Source of the DNA: an uncultured Acidobacteriota bacterium
Lineage (GTDB): Bacteria > Acidobacteriota > Thermoanaerobaculia > Multivoradales > DATKCC01
Reading direction: 5' to 3'
DNA length: 64,000 nucleotides
Assembly (NCBI GenBank): GCA_963739795.1
Contig: CAVUBL010000011.1
Coordinates: 137,215-201,214 of the forward strand
A program made the position numbers and the translations under genes. The notes beneath the pieces are model-generated. The model was given only the letters and a program-made list of their open reading frames with translations. It was not told the DNA's origin and made no database searches. Every line of letters begins with the position of its first letter. Position 1 is the first letter of the stretch. This document shows, one piece after another, positions 39,031-47,525 of this stretch.

Positions 39031-39193
39031 TGGTCCGTCAACCTTCAATTGACGGGTCCCACCGGTCCTTCACGCCGCTGGCGGCGTTGCTCCTCCTCGA
39101 CGTAGGCCCCGCTACGCCTGCGTCGGAGCGCCTGGCCAGCGACGCGAAATCCTCGCCGGATACCCTGTCAATTGAAGGTTGACGGACCACTAG
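39027..39193. repeat. intergenic palindromic element, copy B (27-bp perfect terminal inverted repeats plus core hairpin)
   Basis: CTAGTGGTCCGTCAACCTTCAATTGAC at 39027-39053 and its exact reverse complement at 39167-39193; core GGCGTTGCTCCTCCTCGACGTAGGCCCCGCTACGCCTGCGTCGG. Confidence 0.8.
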
Positions 39194-39264
39194 CCTGAGC
39201 GGGGAACCCCGTCCAAGCCGAGATCGGGCGGGAGAGGGATCGAGGGGTTGCGGGGGGGATCGGC

Positions 39265-40236
39265 TCAAATCGCCATGGCGTCGGCGAGCGCCAGGAGGCT
39301 CGTGTCGAGCTCCTTCTTCCGGCCCGCAACCTCCTCCAAGGGGGTGGGCAGGATGTCGCGGCCCTGGAGGCCCACGAGGACTCCGGCCTCGCCGCGGGCG
39401 AGCTGCTCGACCGCCGCCGCCCCGAGGCGGGTGCCCAGGAGGCGGTCGAAGACCCCCGGCGCGCCACCCCGCTGGACGTGGCCGAGGATGGTGAGGCGCA
39501 GCTCGAACCCGAGGCGCCCCCGGTGGGCCTGGAAGTAGTCGACCAGGGCGGTGGCGTTGTAGCGCGCCCCCTCGGCCACCACCACCAGGGCATGCGGCTT
39601 GCCCCGATCGTAAGCGGCAAGCAGGTCGCGGGCGACGTCCTCGGGGTCGCACGGGCGCTCGGGCAGCACGATGGACTCGGCGCCGCCCGCGATGCCTGAC
39701 ATCAACGCCAGGTACCCCGAGTCGCGTCCCATCACCTCCACGAGGAAGGCCCGCTGGTGGGCCGAGGCGGTGGTCTTGAGGCGGTCGATGGCCTCGAGGG
39801 CCACGTTGAGGGCGGTGTCGACGCCCAGGGTGATGTCGGCTCCGTAGAGGTCGTTGTCGATGGTCGAGGCGACCCCGACCACCGGGAACCCGTGCGCGAA
39901 GAGGGCGCGGGCGCCGGCCTGGGAGCCGTTGCCGCCGATCACCACGAGGCCCTCGACCCCCGCCGCCTCGAGCTGGGTGAGGGCGCGCCGCTGGCCCCCT
40001 TCCTCCTGGAACAGGGCGGTCCTGGAGCTGCCCAGGACCGTGCCCCCCTGCTGGATGATGCCACCCACGTCCCGGGCGCCGAGCTCCGAGATGTCTCCGG
40101 CCATGAGCCCGGCGAACCCCCGGCGCACGCCGTAGGCTCGCCATCCCCGGGCGATGGCGCTCCGCACTACGGCGCGGATGGCCGCGTTCATCCCCGGCGC
40201 GTCCCCGCCGCTGGTCAAGACGGCGAGGCTCTTCAT
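39265..40236 (-). CDS. pfkA: ATP-dependent 6-phosphofructokinase
   Basis: MKSLAVLTSGGDAPGMNAAIRAVVR N-terminus, GGNGS, MGRDSGYLAL motifs. Confidence 0.9.
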   Translation of the reverse strand: MKSLAVLTSGGDAPGMNAAIRAVVRSAIARGWRAYGVRRGFAGLMAGDISELGARDVGGIIQQGGTVLGSSRTALFQEEGGQRRALTQLEAAGVEGLVVIGGNGSQAGARALFAHGFPVVGVASTIDNDLYGADITLGVDTALNVALEAIDRLKTTASAHQRAFLVEVMGRDSGYLALMSGIAGGAESIVLPERPCDPEDVARDLLAAYDRGKPHALVVVAEGARYNATALVDYFQAHRGRLGFELRLTILGHVQRGGAPGVFDRLLGTRLGAAAVEQLARGEAGVLVGLQGRDILPTPLEEVAGRKKELDTSLLALADAMAI

Positions 40237-40834
40237 GGTGTCTCCCGGTCGAGCCGGAGGCGGAAGCGGCTGCGGGGAATGAGTGTCGACGCCGACATGG
40301 AGTGATGCTACCGCGCGGCGAGGCCCAGATGTCGCACCGAGGAGGAAGTTCCGGCGGGGACCTCGAGGACGGAGCGCTGACGCCGGACAGACCGGTTCAG
40401 TCGGAGGTCCCCGCCGGGGTGGGACAGGACTGCGGGACCCGTACAGGTCGGAGGATGGGTCTAGACGTGTACCGGGCGGGCGCCCGTCCGTACGCCGGTC
40501 CGGTCCTCCAGAGGTCCATCGAATCTCGGGGGGCTCGGGGCGCGCTGGAGGGCGGGCCCTGATGCCCGTGAACGTCCGAAAGCAACGGGGGCTGCGAGGC
40601 GCGAACCGTCCGCGGCGCTCGGCTCGTGCCGGGCGGTTGGACTGTCGAGAACTGGCTCGCGACCGATCGGAACACTTCGTGCCTCCCCCGGACGACAGCT
40701 TTGGAACCAGCTCTTATTGTCGGTGCTCCGGAGCCTCCGGGCCACCTCTGGCCGGGTGGCCGTCGGCTCGCCGCCGGGTGGGTCCCTGCCACCTTCGAGG
40801 GCAGGGCCCATCCGGGCTATCCTCGGGGCCACCG

Positions 40835-41858
40835 ATGCGCGGAGAAGGCGGAGAACGCGGAGAACGCGGAGGGCCGGGCTCCGAGCCGGGCCCGCCGGGG
40901 ACCGGCACGGCCGGGCGCGGAGGGGGGCTGTGGTGGCTCCTCGCCCTGTGGGCCGCCTCGCTCCTCGCCGCCGCCCTGGCCGCTCCCCTGGTCTTCCACG
41001 GGGTTCGGCTCTGGGCGGCGCGGTCCCCGGGAGGCATCGCCGGGTACCTGGCGGGCAAGGACTTCCCGCGCTACTTCGATCGCCTGCGCTGGCTCTTCGT
41101 GCTCGCGGGGCTGCCCTGGGTCTGCCGGTGGACCGGTCTTTCGGGCCGGGAGGCGCTGGGGCTCGTGGGCGGCCGGCGGGCGTGGCGGGCGGCGGCGGGA
41201 TGGTTCGCGGCCGGCGTCGCGACGGTGGCGCTGATCGCCGCCGGCCAGGTCGCCGGCGGGGTGGCCGCGATGAGGCTCCGGGCCGGGCTCGGCGCTGCCC
41301 TCGCGGAGGCGGGCGAGGTCGCCCTGGCGGCCCTCGTCTCGGCGGCCCTCATCGCCTTCTTCGAGGAGCTGGTCTTCCGAGGGAGTCGTCTTCCAGCTCG
41401 CGGCGCGGACCCTGAAGCTGCCGTGGGCGGTGGCCGTGGCCGCCCTGATCTTCGCCCTGGTCCACTTCCAGCGCCTGCCGGGCGACGCCTGGCCCGACGG
41501 AGCGGCCGTGGGCCCGGCCTCCGGCCTGGTCGTGGCCTGGCGCAGCCTCGCCGCCCTGCCCTCGAACCTCGACCCGGCGGTGTTCTCGGCCCTCGTCCTG
41601 GCCGGGGCGATCCTCTGCCTGGTGTTCGCTCGGCACCGGACACTGCTGGCGTCCATGGGCCTCCACGCGGGGTGGGTGGCCGCCGCCGGGATCCATCGCC
41701 GCCTGCTGCGGGTGGATCCGCACGCCTCGACGACCCTGTGGGGCGGGCGCCACTTGATCGACGGCATCGCGCCCCTCGTGCTGCTGGCCCTGGGGCTTGC
41801 GGCGCTGGCGTGGGTCGAGGCGCGGAGGCGGCGGGGCGCTCGCCCGGGACCGCCCTGA
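40835..41858 (+). pseudogene. CPBP-family (CAAX-type) intramembrane protease, interrupted by a +1 frameshift near 41385
   Basis: motif 1 FFEELVFRG in frame 2 (ends ~41385); motifs 2-3 VFQLAARTLKLPWAVAVAALIFALVHF and LHAGW in frame 0 up to stop at 41858; removing one base from GGGAGTCGTC restores EELVFRGVVFQLAAR. Confidence 0.55.
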
Positions 41859-42059
41859 TCCGAGCTCTCGGCTCGAGAGCCGGGGGCGCAACCGGACGAC
41901 TCCCGCGAGGTGCCAGCCACCTTTCACGCCTTTCACGGCTCTCCATGCATCCGAAGTGGCTGGTCAAACGCATCACCCGGCTCGAACGCGACCGGGTGGG
42001 CGGGTTTTCACACCCGGGGGGGTGGGGGCAAACCCCCCTGTCCTGACGGTGCGCGGCGG

Positions 42060-42090
42060 CCTTTCGCTCGTTAGGTTTACCGGCGAAAGG
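42060..42090 (+). promoter_or_regulatory. 5'-UTR hairpin overlapping the ccsBA ribosome-binding site
   Basis: CCTTTCGC-N15-GCGAAAGG 8-bp stem; the right arm contains the AAGGGGA Shine-Dalgarno 7 nt before the GTG start at 42099. Confidence 0.35.
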
Positions 42091-42098
42091 GGACCATC

Positions 42099-44474
42099 GT
42101 GAACGACTGGATCAAGAAACTCGCATCTCTCAAGCTCACTGTCGTCTTGCTCGTCCTGCTGCTCGCGGCGCTCGCCGCGGGCACCGTGATCGAGTCCTCC
42201 AAGGGCACCGACGCCGCGGGACGGCTGGTCTACTACTCGTTCTGGTTCCGGGCGCTGCTGCTGGCCATGGGTATCAACACGATTCTGGCCATCGCGGTCC
42301 GCTGGCCGCCCAACAACTACCGCATCGGCTTCCTCCTCACCCACACCTCCCTGCTGGTGATCCTGGTCGGCGCCCTGGTCAGCGCCCGCTTCAAGGTCGA
42401 AGGCCAGCTCGCCCTCTGGGAGGGGCAGGAGAGCCCGGTGATCGCCTTGCGCACCGACTCACCCACCGGCGCCCAGGCCACCCTGCCCTTCTCCGTACGC
42501 CTCGATGCCTTCGAGATCGACTACTACCCGGGAACCCACCGGCCGGCGATGTTCCGCAGCCGCGTGACGGTGACCGACCCCGAGCTCGGCGGCTCGTTCC
42601 CGGCGGTCATCTGGATGAACCACGAGCTCTCCTACCGGGGCTACAAGCTGTTCCAGAGCAGCTACCAGCAGTCCGGCGGCCGGCAGATGTCGGTGCTCTC
42701 CGTCTCCCACGACCCGGGGCAGCTCATCGTCTTCATCGGCTACTTCCTGCTCCTGGGCGGCATGTCGACGGTGCTCGCTACCCGCATCGTCCAGGCGCGG
42801 GCCCTGGCCCGGCGCCAAGCCACGCGGGTCGGCGCGCGCAGCGCGGCGGTGCCCGCCCACCGGTCCGGGCGCAAGGCCGCGGCGGCGGGGGTGGCCTCCT
42901 GCCTCGTCGCGGCCCTCGCGCTGATGGCACCGCCCGCGGCGCGCGCGGCGGCCACGCTGCCGTCGCCGGACACCGTGGAGGCGCTGCGCAGTCTGCCGGT
43001 GCAGCACGACGGCCGGGTGATGCCCCTCGACACCCTGGCCCGCGAAGGGATCTGGAAGGTCACCGGGGAGCGCGGCGGCTGGCAGGGGGAGGACCCCGTG
43101 GCCGTGGCGCTCTCCTGGATGTTCGACGGGCGCTCCTGGGTCTCCGAGCCGGTGGTGGAGCTGGGAGATCCGGCCCTCGCCGTCGCCGCGGGCCTGGCGC
43201 CCGGCACCACTCACGCCTCCTACGCCCAGCTCTTCTCCAGCCCGGGGATCCGGGACCTGGTGAGCCAGGCCCGGAGCGCTCAGCAGCGGGGCCAGGAGCA
43301 CCTGCCGCCGCGGCTCGCGGCGGCGGCCAAGGTCGACGCCCGGCTCGGTTGGCTCCAGAGCTTTCTCACCCGCGACCTGCTGCGGGTCGTTCCGGCCTCG
43401 GCGGACCCGGTGGGCACCTGGGACGAGGCGCCGGCGAGCGTGACCGACGCCGCGTCGCTCCTCGCCTGGTACCGGGCGACCGAGGCGCAGCCGCCGGCCG
43501 GCTACCCGGCCTCCCGGGACATGACCCGCGAGGTGACCTACAACCGGGTGCACCCGACCCGCCTCGCCTGGTGGGTGCTGGCCCTGGGCACGGTCCTCTC
43601 GCTGGTCGCCCTGCGCCGGCCGAGCCGGCCGTGGGACCTGTTGGCGGTGACGGCCCTGGTCGTGGGCGTGGGGGTGATGACCTGGGGCCTGGCGGTGCGC
43701 TGGCAGATCGAGGGACACATCCCGGCCTCGAACATGTACGAGTCCATGCTCTTCCTGGCGTGGGGCGTGGGGCTCTTCGCCCTGCTGGCCGCCGCCCTGC
43801 TCCGCAACCGGCTGGTGATCTTCAACGCTGCGGCAATGGCGGCCCTCACCCTGGGGCTCGCGAGCTTCCTGCCCATCGACCCCTTCATCCATCCCATCGC
43901 GCCGGTGCTCTCGGGCACCCCGTGGCTCGCCATCCACGTGCCCATCATCATGGTGAGCTACTCGGTCCTGGCCCTGGGTGTGCTCATCGCCCACCTCCAG
44001 ATCGGTATCGAGATCTTCCGCCCCAAGCGCCGCGAGGCGGCGGCCCGCATGAACGGCCTGCTCTACTGGTACATGCAGGTGGGCTCGCTGCTCCTGGTCG
44101 CGGGCATCATCACCGGCTCGATCTGGGCCGCCTCGTCCTGGGGCCGCTACTGGGGCTGGGATCCGAAGGAGGTCTGGTCGCTGATCGCCTTCATCGCCTA
44201 CATGGCGATTCTCCACAGCCGCTTCGACCGGCAGATCCAGGCCTTCGGCGTGGCCGCCGCCTCCATCGTCGCCTTCTGGGCGATCCTGATGACCTACATC
44301 GGGGTGAACTTCGTGCTTACGGCGGGGCTCCACTCCTACGGCTTCGGAAGCGGCGGAGTGGTGGAGTGGATGGCGGGGATCGGGGTGCTGGAGCTCCTCT
44401 TCCTCGGAGGTGGCTACCTCGCCCACCGGAAGAATATGGCCGCCTACGGGCCGCTGGTCGCGGCCGGCATCTGA
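42099..44474 (+). CDS. ccsBA: fused cytochrome c biogenesis protein CcsB/ResB-CcsA/ResC (system II, CcsBA)
   Basis: N-terminal ResB-like region (MNDWIKKLASLKLTVVLLVLLLAALAAGTVIESSKG, large periplasmic domain) fused to a CcsA domain with WWD motif WGRYWGWDPKEVWSLIAFIAYMAILH and conserved His. Confidence 0.8.
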   Translation: MNDWIKKLASLKLTVVLLVLLLAALAAGTVIESSKGTDAAGRLVYYSFWFRALLLAMGINTILAIAVRWPPNNYRIGFLLTHTSLLVILVGALVSARFKVEGQLALWEGQESPVIALRTDSPTGAQATLPFSVRLDAFEIDYYPGTHRPAMFRSRVTVTDPELGGSFPAVIWMNHELSYRGYKLFQSSYQQSGGRQMSVLSVSHDPGQLIVFIGYFLLLGGMSTVLATRIVQARALARRQATRVGARSAAVPAHRSGRKAAAAGVASCLVAALALMAPPAARAAATLPSPDTVEALRSLPVQHDGRVMPLDTLAREGIWKVTGERGGWQGEDPVAVALSWMFDGRSWVSEPVVELGDPALAVAAGLAPGTTHASYAQLFSSPGIRDLVSQARSAQQRGQEHLPPRLAAAAKVDARLGWLQSFLTRDLLRVVPASADPVGTWDEAPASVTDAASLLAWYRATEAQPPAGYPASRDMTREVTYNRVHPTRLAWWVLALGTVLSLVALRRPSRPWDLLAVTALVVGVGVMTWGLAVRWQIEGHIPASNMYESMLFLAWGVGLFALLAAALLRNRLVIFNAAAMAALTLGLASFLPIDPFIHPIAPVLSGTPWLAIHVPIIMVSYSVLALGVLIAHLQIGIEIFRPKRREAAARMNGLLYWYMQVGSLLLVAGIITGSIWAASSWGRYWGWDPKEVWSLIAFIAYMAILHSRFDRQIQAFGVAAASIVAFWAILMTYIGVNFVLTAGLHSYGFGSGGVVEWMAGIGVLELLFLGGGYLAHRKNMAAYGPLVAAGI

Positions 44475-44682
44475 CGGCTTCCGCCTGATTGGTTCCTCTC
44501 CCCCCCGGGGTATCCGGCGTCCCCTTTCAGCCCCGGGGGGGAGGGGTTTGTTCGGCGGTAAAGGGCCGTTTCGACTCGACGAGGCGCCCACGGCGTCGTC
44601 GGCTTCGTCGGGCGCGGATCCCCCTCCCACGCCCGTCTACGTGCCCGAAGGGAACCGGCCCGGGGCTGTTGCGGTGCAGAGA

Positions 44683-45080
44683 GCGACTGGGTCACCCCCC
44701 TCACCCTCAATCCCTCTCCCACCCTCGCGGGGGGAGAGGGACGCCCCCGCCCTGCTCTCAGGCCGTCAGGGAGTCCGACGAACGCCGATCCACCCCTCAC
44801 ACTCCTCCCATTTCAGCGGAGCTGTCGTTCCCATCGCCGAGGAGGCAGGCCGCGGGGCCGCGTGGTTTCTCGCCGGCGCAGAGATCCACTGGATCACCCC
44901 CCTCACCCTCGATCCCTCTCCCACCCTCAAGGTGGGCGAGGGACGCCGCCGCCCCCTTCCTCCACCAAGGAGTCCGACGAACGCCGATCCACCCCCTTGC
45001 CCCTTTTCGGCGGAGCTGTCGCTTCAACCGCCGAGTGGGCAGGCCGCGGGGCCGCGTGGTTTCTCGCCGGCGCAGTCTGC
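44683..45080. repeat. two tandem ~200-bp direct repeats (about 88% identical) with internal GC hairpins
   Basis: unit 1 ~44683-44888, unit 2 ~44889-45080; shared blocks GATCACCCCCCTCACCCTC, CCCTCTCCCACCCTC, GGAGTCCGACGAACGCCGATCCACCCC, GCAGGCCGCGGGGCCGCGTGGTTTCTCGCCGGCGCA. Confidence 0.8.
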
Positions 45081-45134
45081 CGCCGAGAAAGCCACCGGCC
45101 CGCGGCCGTCTTCCGCGGCACCCCCGGTCCAACG

Positions 45135-45986
45135 TCAGATCAAGCTCCGCAGAAACTCCAGATCCCGCCGATGCCCCTCCTCGTCGTCGCCCATGGGGGT
45201 CTCCACCACCATGGGCTTGCCGGCTGTGCGCTCATCGTGGAGCAGGCGGGCGAAGAGATCCGGCCCGATGGCCCCCTGGCCGATGTTCTCGTGGCGGTCC
45301 TTGCGCGAGGCGAACGGCTGCTTGGAGTCGTTGAGGTGCAGGGCGCCGACCCGCTTCCAGCTCAGCAGCTCGGCGACCTCCGCGGCCCACTCATCGTAGC
45401 CTGCCGGCTCGTGGACGGCGTACCCGGCGGCGAAGGCGTGGCAGGTGTCGAGGCAAAAGCCCAGGTGGTCGCCGGCCTCGCTCGCGGCGACGATGGCGGC
45501 GAGCTGGCCGTTCGTGTAGCCGAGCACGGTGCCCTGGCCGGCGGTGTTCTCGAGGAGCACCAAGGCCGGGCACGCGGGGCGCTCGGCGAAAACGACGTCG
45601 AGGGAGGCGGCGATGGCGGCGATCCCGGCGTCCTCTCCCGCTCCCAGGTGGGCTCCCGGGTGCACGACCAGGCCGGCGACGCCGAGGCGCGCGCAGCGGT
45701 CGAGCTCGTCGCCGAGGGCGGCGCGGGACTTGGCGAGGATCGCCGGGTCGGTGGCGGCGAGGTTGATCAAGTAGCTCGAGTGGGCGACCAGGGGGCCGAT
45801 GGGCGAGGCGCCGTGGGCCTGCCTGAAGGCTTCGGCCTCCTCCTCACCCAGGGCGCGGCCGCGCCACTGGCTGGCGTTCTTGACGAAGATCTGGAGGGCG
45901 TCGCAGCCCAGATCCTCCCCGCGCTCGATGGCCTTCGGCAGGCCGCCGGCGATGGAGACGTGGGCGCCGAGGAGAGGCTCGCTCAT
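45135..45986 (-). CDS. nfo: deoxyribonuclease IV (endonuclease IV)
   Basis: MSEPLLGAHVSIAGGLPKAIERGEDLGCDALQIFVKNASQW N-terminus and AP-endonuclease family 2 His/Asp/Glu metal ligands. Confidence 0.9.
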   Translation of the reverse strand: MSEPLLGAHVSIAGGLPKAIERGEDLGCDALQIFVKNASQWRGRALGEEEAEAFRQAHGASPIGPLVAHSSYLINLAATDPAILAKSRAALGDELDRCARLGVAGLVVHPGAHLGAGEDAGIAAIAASLDVVFAERPACPALVLLENTAGQGTVLGYTNGQLAAIVAASEAGDHLGFCLDTCHAFAAGYAVHEPAGYDEWAAEVAELLSWKRVGALHLNDSKQPFASRKDRHENIGQGAIGPDLFARLLHDERTAGKPMVVETPMGDDEEGHRRDLEFLRSLI

Positions 45987-46050
45987 GGGCGGCCGATTGT
46001 ACCGTCGCCCTCGCCTTCCCCGCCCGGGCGGCTCTGTTAGACTGCCCGGA

Positions 46051-46866
46051 ATGCTTCGGAAGGCCCTCCGAGCGCTCGGATTCCTCGTCTATCTCGGTCT
46101 GGTGTTCGTCGTCTTTCTGCTGGCGGCGTACGTCTCCTTCAACCTGTTCGTGCGCAGCGGCGCCACCCGGACCCCCTCGCTGGTGGGGCTGTCCCTCGAC
46201 GACGCCCGCAGCCATCTCGCCGACCAGGGCCTCGAGCTGCGAGTGGAGGAGGGGGGGCGCTACGACGCCCAGATCCCGGCCGACCACGTGGCCCAGCAGA
46301 ATCCACCCGAGGGCGCTCTGGTCAAGCGGGGCAGCGCGGTGTCCGTCGTGCCTTCCCTCGGCCCGCAGCGCGTCAGCGTGCCGGCCCTGGACGGCCAGGG
46401 CCTCCAGTCGTCCCAGGTGCTCCTGGCGGCGGCCGGCCTGTCCCTGGGTCGGACGGTGGAGGTCTTCGGCCACGAGGTGACGCCCGGCTCGGTGGTCGCC
46501 CAGGAGCCGCCGGCCGGTGCGACGGTGGCGCCCGGCGCCTCGGTGGATCTTCTCCTCGCCCGTCAGGGCTCGGGGGAGGCCTACGTGATGCCCGACCTCG
46601 TCTATCGGGACTACGAAGACGTCCGACGGTTCTTCGAAGGGCGCGGGTTTCGCCTGGGCAGCGTCAAGTACGAGCGCTACGAAGGGATCCGGCCCGGGGT
46701 GATCCTGCGCCAGTACCCGGTGGCCGGCCATCCCCTGGGCAAGAGGGACACCATCGCCCTGGTGGTGGCGGCCGACCGCCGTCCTGGGGAGGAGGGTCCC
46801 GGCGGCCCAGAGCCCCTGCCCGGTCCCGAAGTGCCGCCGCCCACCGCTCCCGGAGCCCCGCAATGA
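46051..46866 (+). CDS. membrane-anchored PASTA domain protein (three PASTA repeats, no kinase or PBP domain)
   Basis: N-terminal TM helix LGFLVYLGLVFVVFLLAAYVSF followed by three ~65-aa PASTA-like repeats (VGLSLDDARSHLADQGLEL..., VPALDGQGLQSSQVLLAAAGLSLG..., MPDLVYRDYEDVRRFFEGRGFRLG...). Confidence 0.65.
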   Translation: MLRKALRALGFLVYLGLVFVVFLLAAYVSFNLFVRSGATRTPSLVGLSLDDARSHLADQGLELRVEEGGRYDAQIPADHVAQQNPPEGALVKRGSAVSVVPSLGPQRVSVPALDGQGLQSSQVLLAAAGLSLGRTVEVFGHEVTPGSVVAQEPPAGATVAPGASVDLLLARQGSGEAYVMPDLVYRDYEDVRRFFEGRGFRLGSVKYERYEGIRPGVILRQYPVAGHPLGKRDTIALVVAADRRPGEEGPGGPEPLPGPEVPPPTAPGAPQ

Positions 46867-47525
46867 GACTCGCCCCGTCGATCCTCGCCGCCGATCTGGC
46901 CGATCTGGCCGCCGCTCTGCAGGTCTGCGAGGCCGGGGGCGCCGAGCTGGTGCACGTGGACGTGATGGACGGTCACTTCGTGCCCAATCTGAGCTTCGGC
47001 GTCCCGGTGGTGGCCGCCCTCTCCCGGCGGACCGAGCTACCCCTCGACGTCCACTTGATGGTCTCCAACCCGGACCGCCTCCTGGACGACTACCTGGCGG
47101 CCGGAGCCGACCGGATCTCGGTCCACTGGGAGGCGGCGGTGCACCTCGACCGGTTGCTCGCCCGCATCCGGGAAGCCGGCGCCCGCGCGGGCGTGGCGGT
47201 CAACCCGGCCACCCCGGTCGAGCTCCTTTCCGATGTCCTCGGGGCCCTCGACTTCGTCCTGGTGATGTCGGTCAACCCGGGCTTCGCCGGCCAGGCGTTC
47301 CAGCCGCGCGCCCTGGACAAGGCGCGCCGCCTCCGCGACCTCGCCGCGGCTCAGGGGGCGACGGTGGAGATCGACATGGACGGCGGCCTGGACGCCGCGA
47401 CCGCCCCGCGGGCGGTCGCCGCCGGCGTCGAGGTCTGCGTGGTAGGCTCGGCAATCTTCGGGCGGGAGGATCCCCTCGCCGCGATGGCCGAGATCCGAGC
47501 CCGCTGCTCTCGAGAGATTCCATGA
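46863..47525 (+). CDS. rpe: ribulose-phosphate 3-epimerase
   Basis: MRLAPSILAADLADLAAAL...HVDVMDGHFVPNLSFG...canonical Rpe motifs; ATGA overlap with upstream and downstream genes. Confidence 0.9.
   Translation: MRLAPSILAADLADLAAALQVCEAGGAELVHVDVMDGHFVPNLSFGVPVVAALSRRTELPLDVHLMVSNPDRLLDDYLAAGADRISVHWEAAVHLDRLLARIREAGARAGVAVNPATPVELLSDVLGALDFVLVMSVNPGFAGQAFQPRALDKARRLRDLAAAQGATVEIDMDGGLDAATAPRAVAAGVEVCVVGSAIFGREDPLAAMAEIRARCSREIP

Noticed and set aside
40302-40562. Small ORFs inside spacers and repeat elements (40302-40562, 52223-52405, 23074-24108 segment, 60653-60988 and others)
   Set aside because: They have low-complexity Arg/Pro/Gly-rich translations, no RBS, and overlap repeat elements or promoter regions.
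40237-40834. tmRNA, RNase P RNA, SRP RNA or 6S RNA in the long pfkA-CPBP spacer
   Set aside because: None of the hallmark conserved stretches (RNase P P4 AGGAAAGUCCGG, SRP domain IV GGAAGCAGCC, tmRNA tag-coding/3' tRNA-like end) could be found. It is left as an unassigned leader.
44683-45080. CRISPR array
   Set aside because: There are only two ~200-bp units, far longer than CRISPR repeats. No short repeat-spacer periodicity appears anywhere in the window, and there are no cas genes.
44489-45334. 281-aa plus-strand ORF running through the tandem 200-bp repeats
   Set aside because: The peptide is repeat-derived (duplicated blocks). It has no start context and lies in a convergent intergenic spacer, so it is treated as non-coding.
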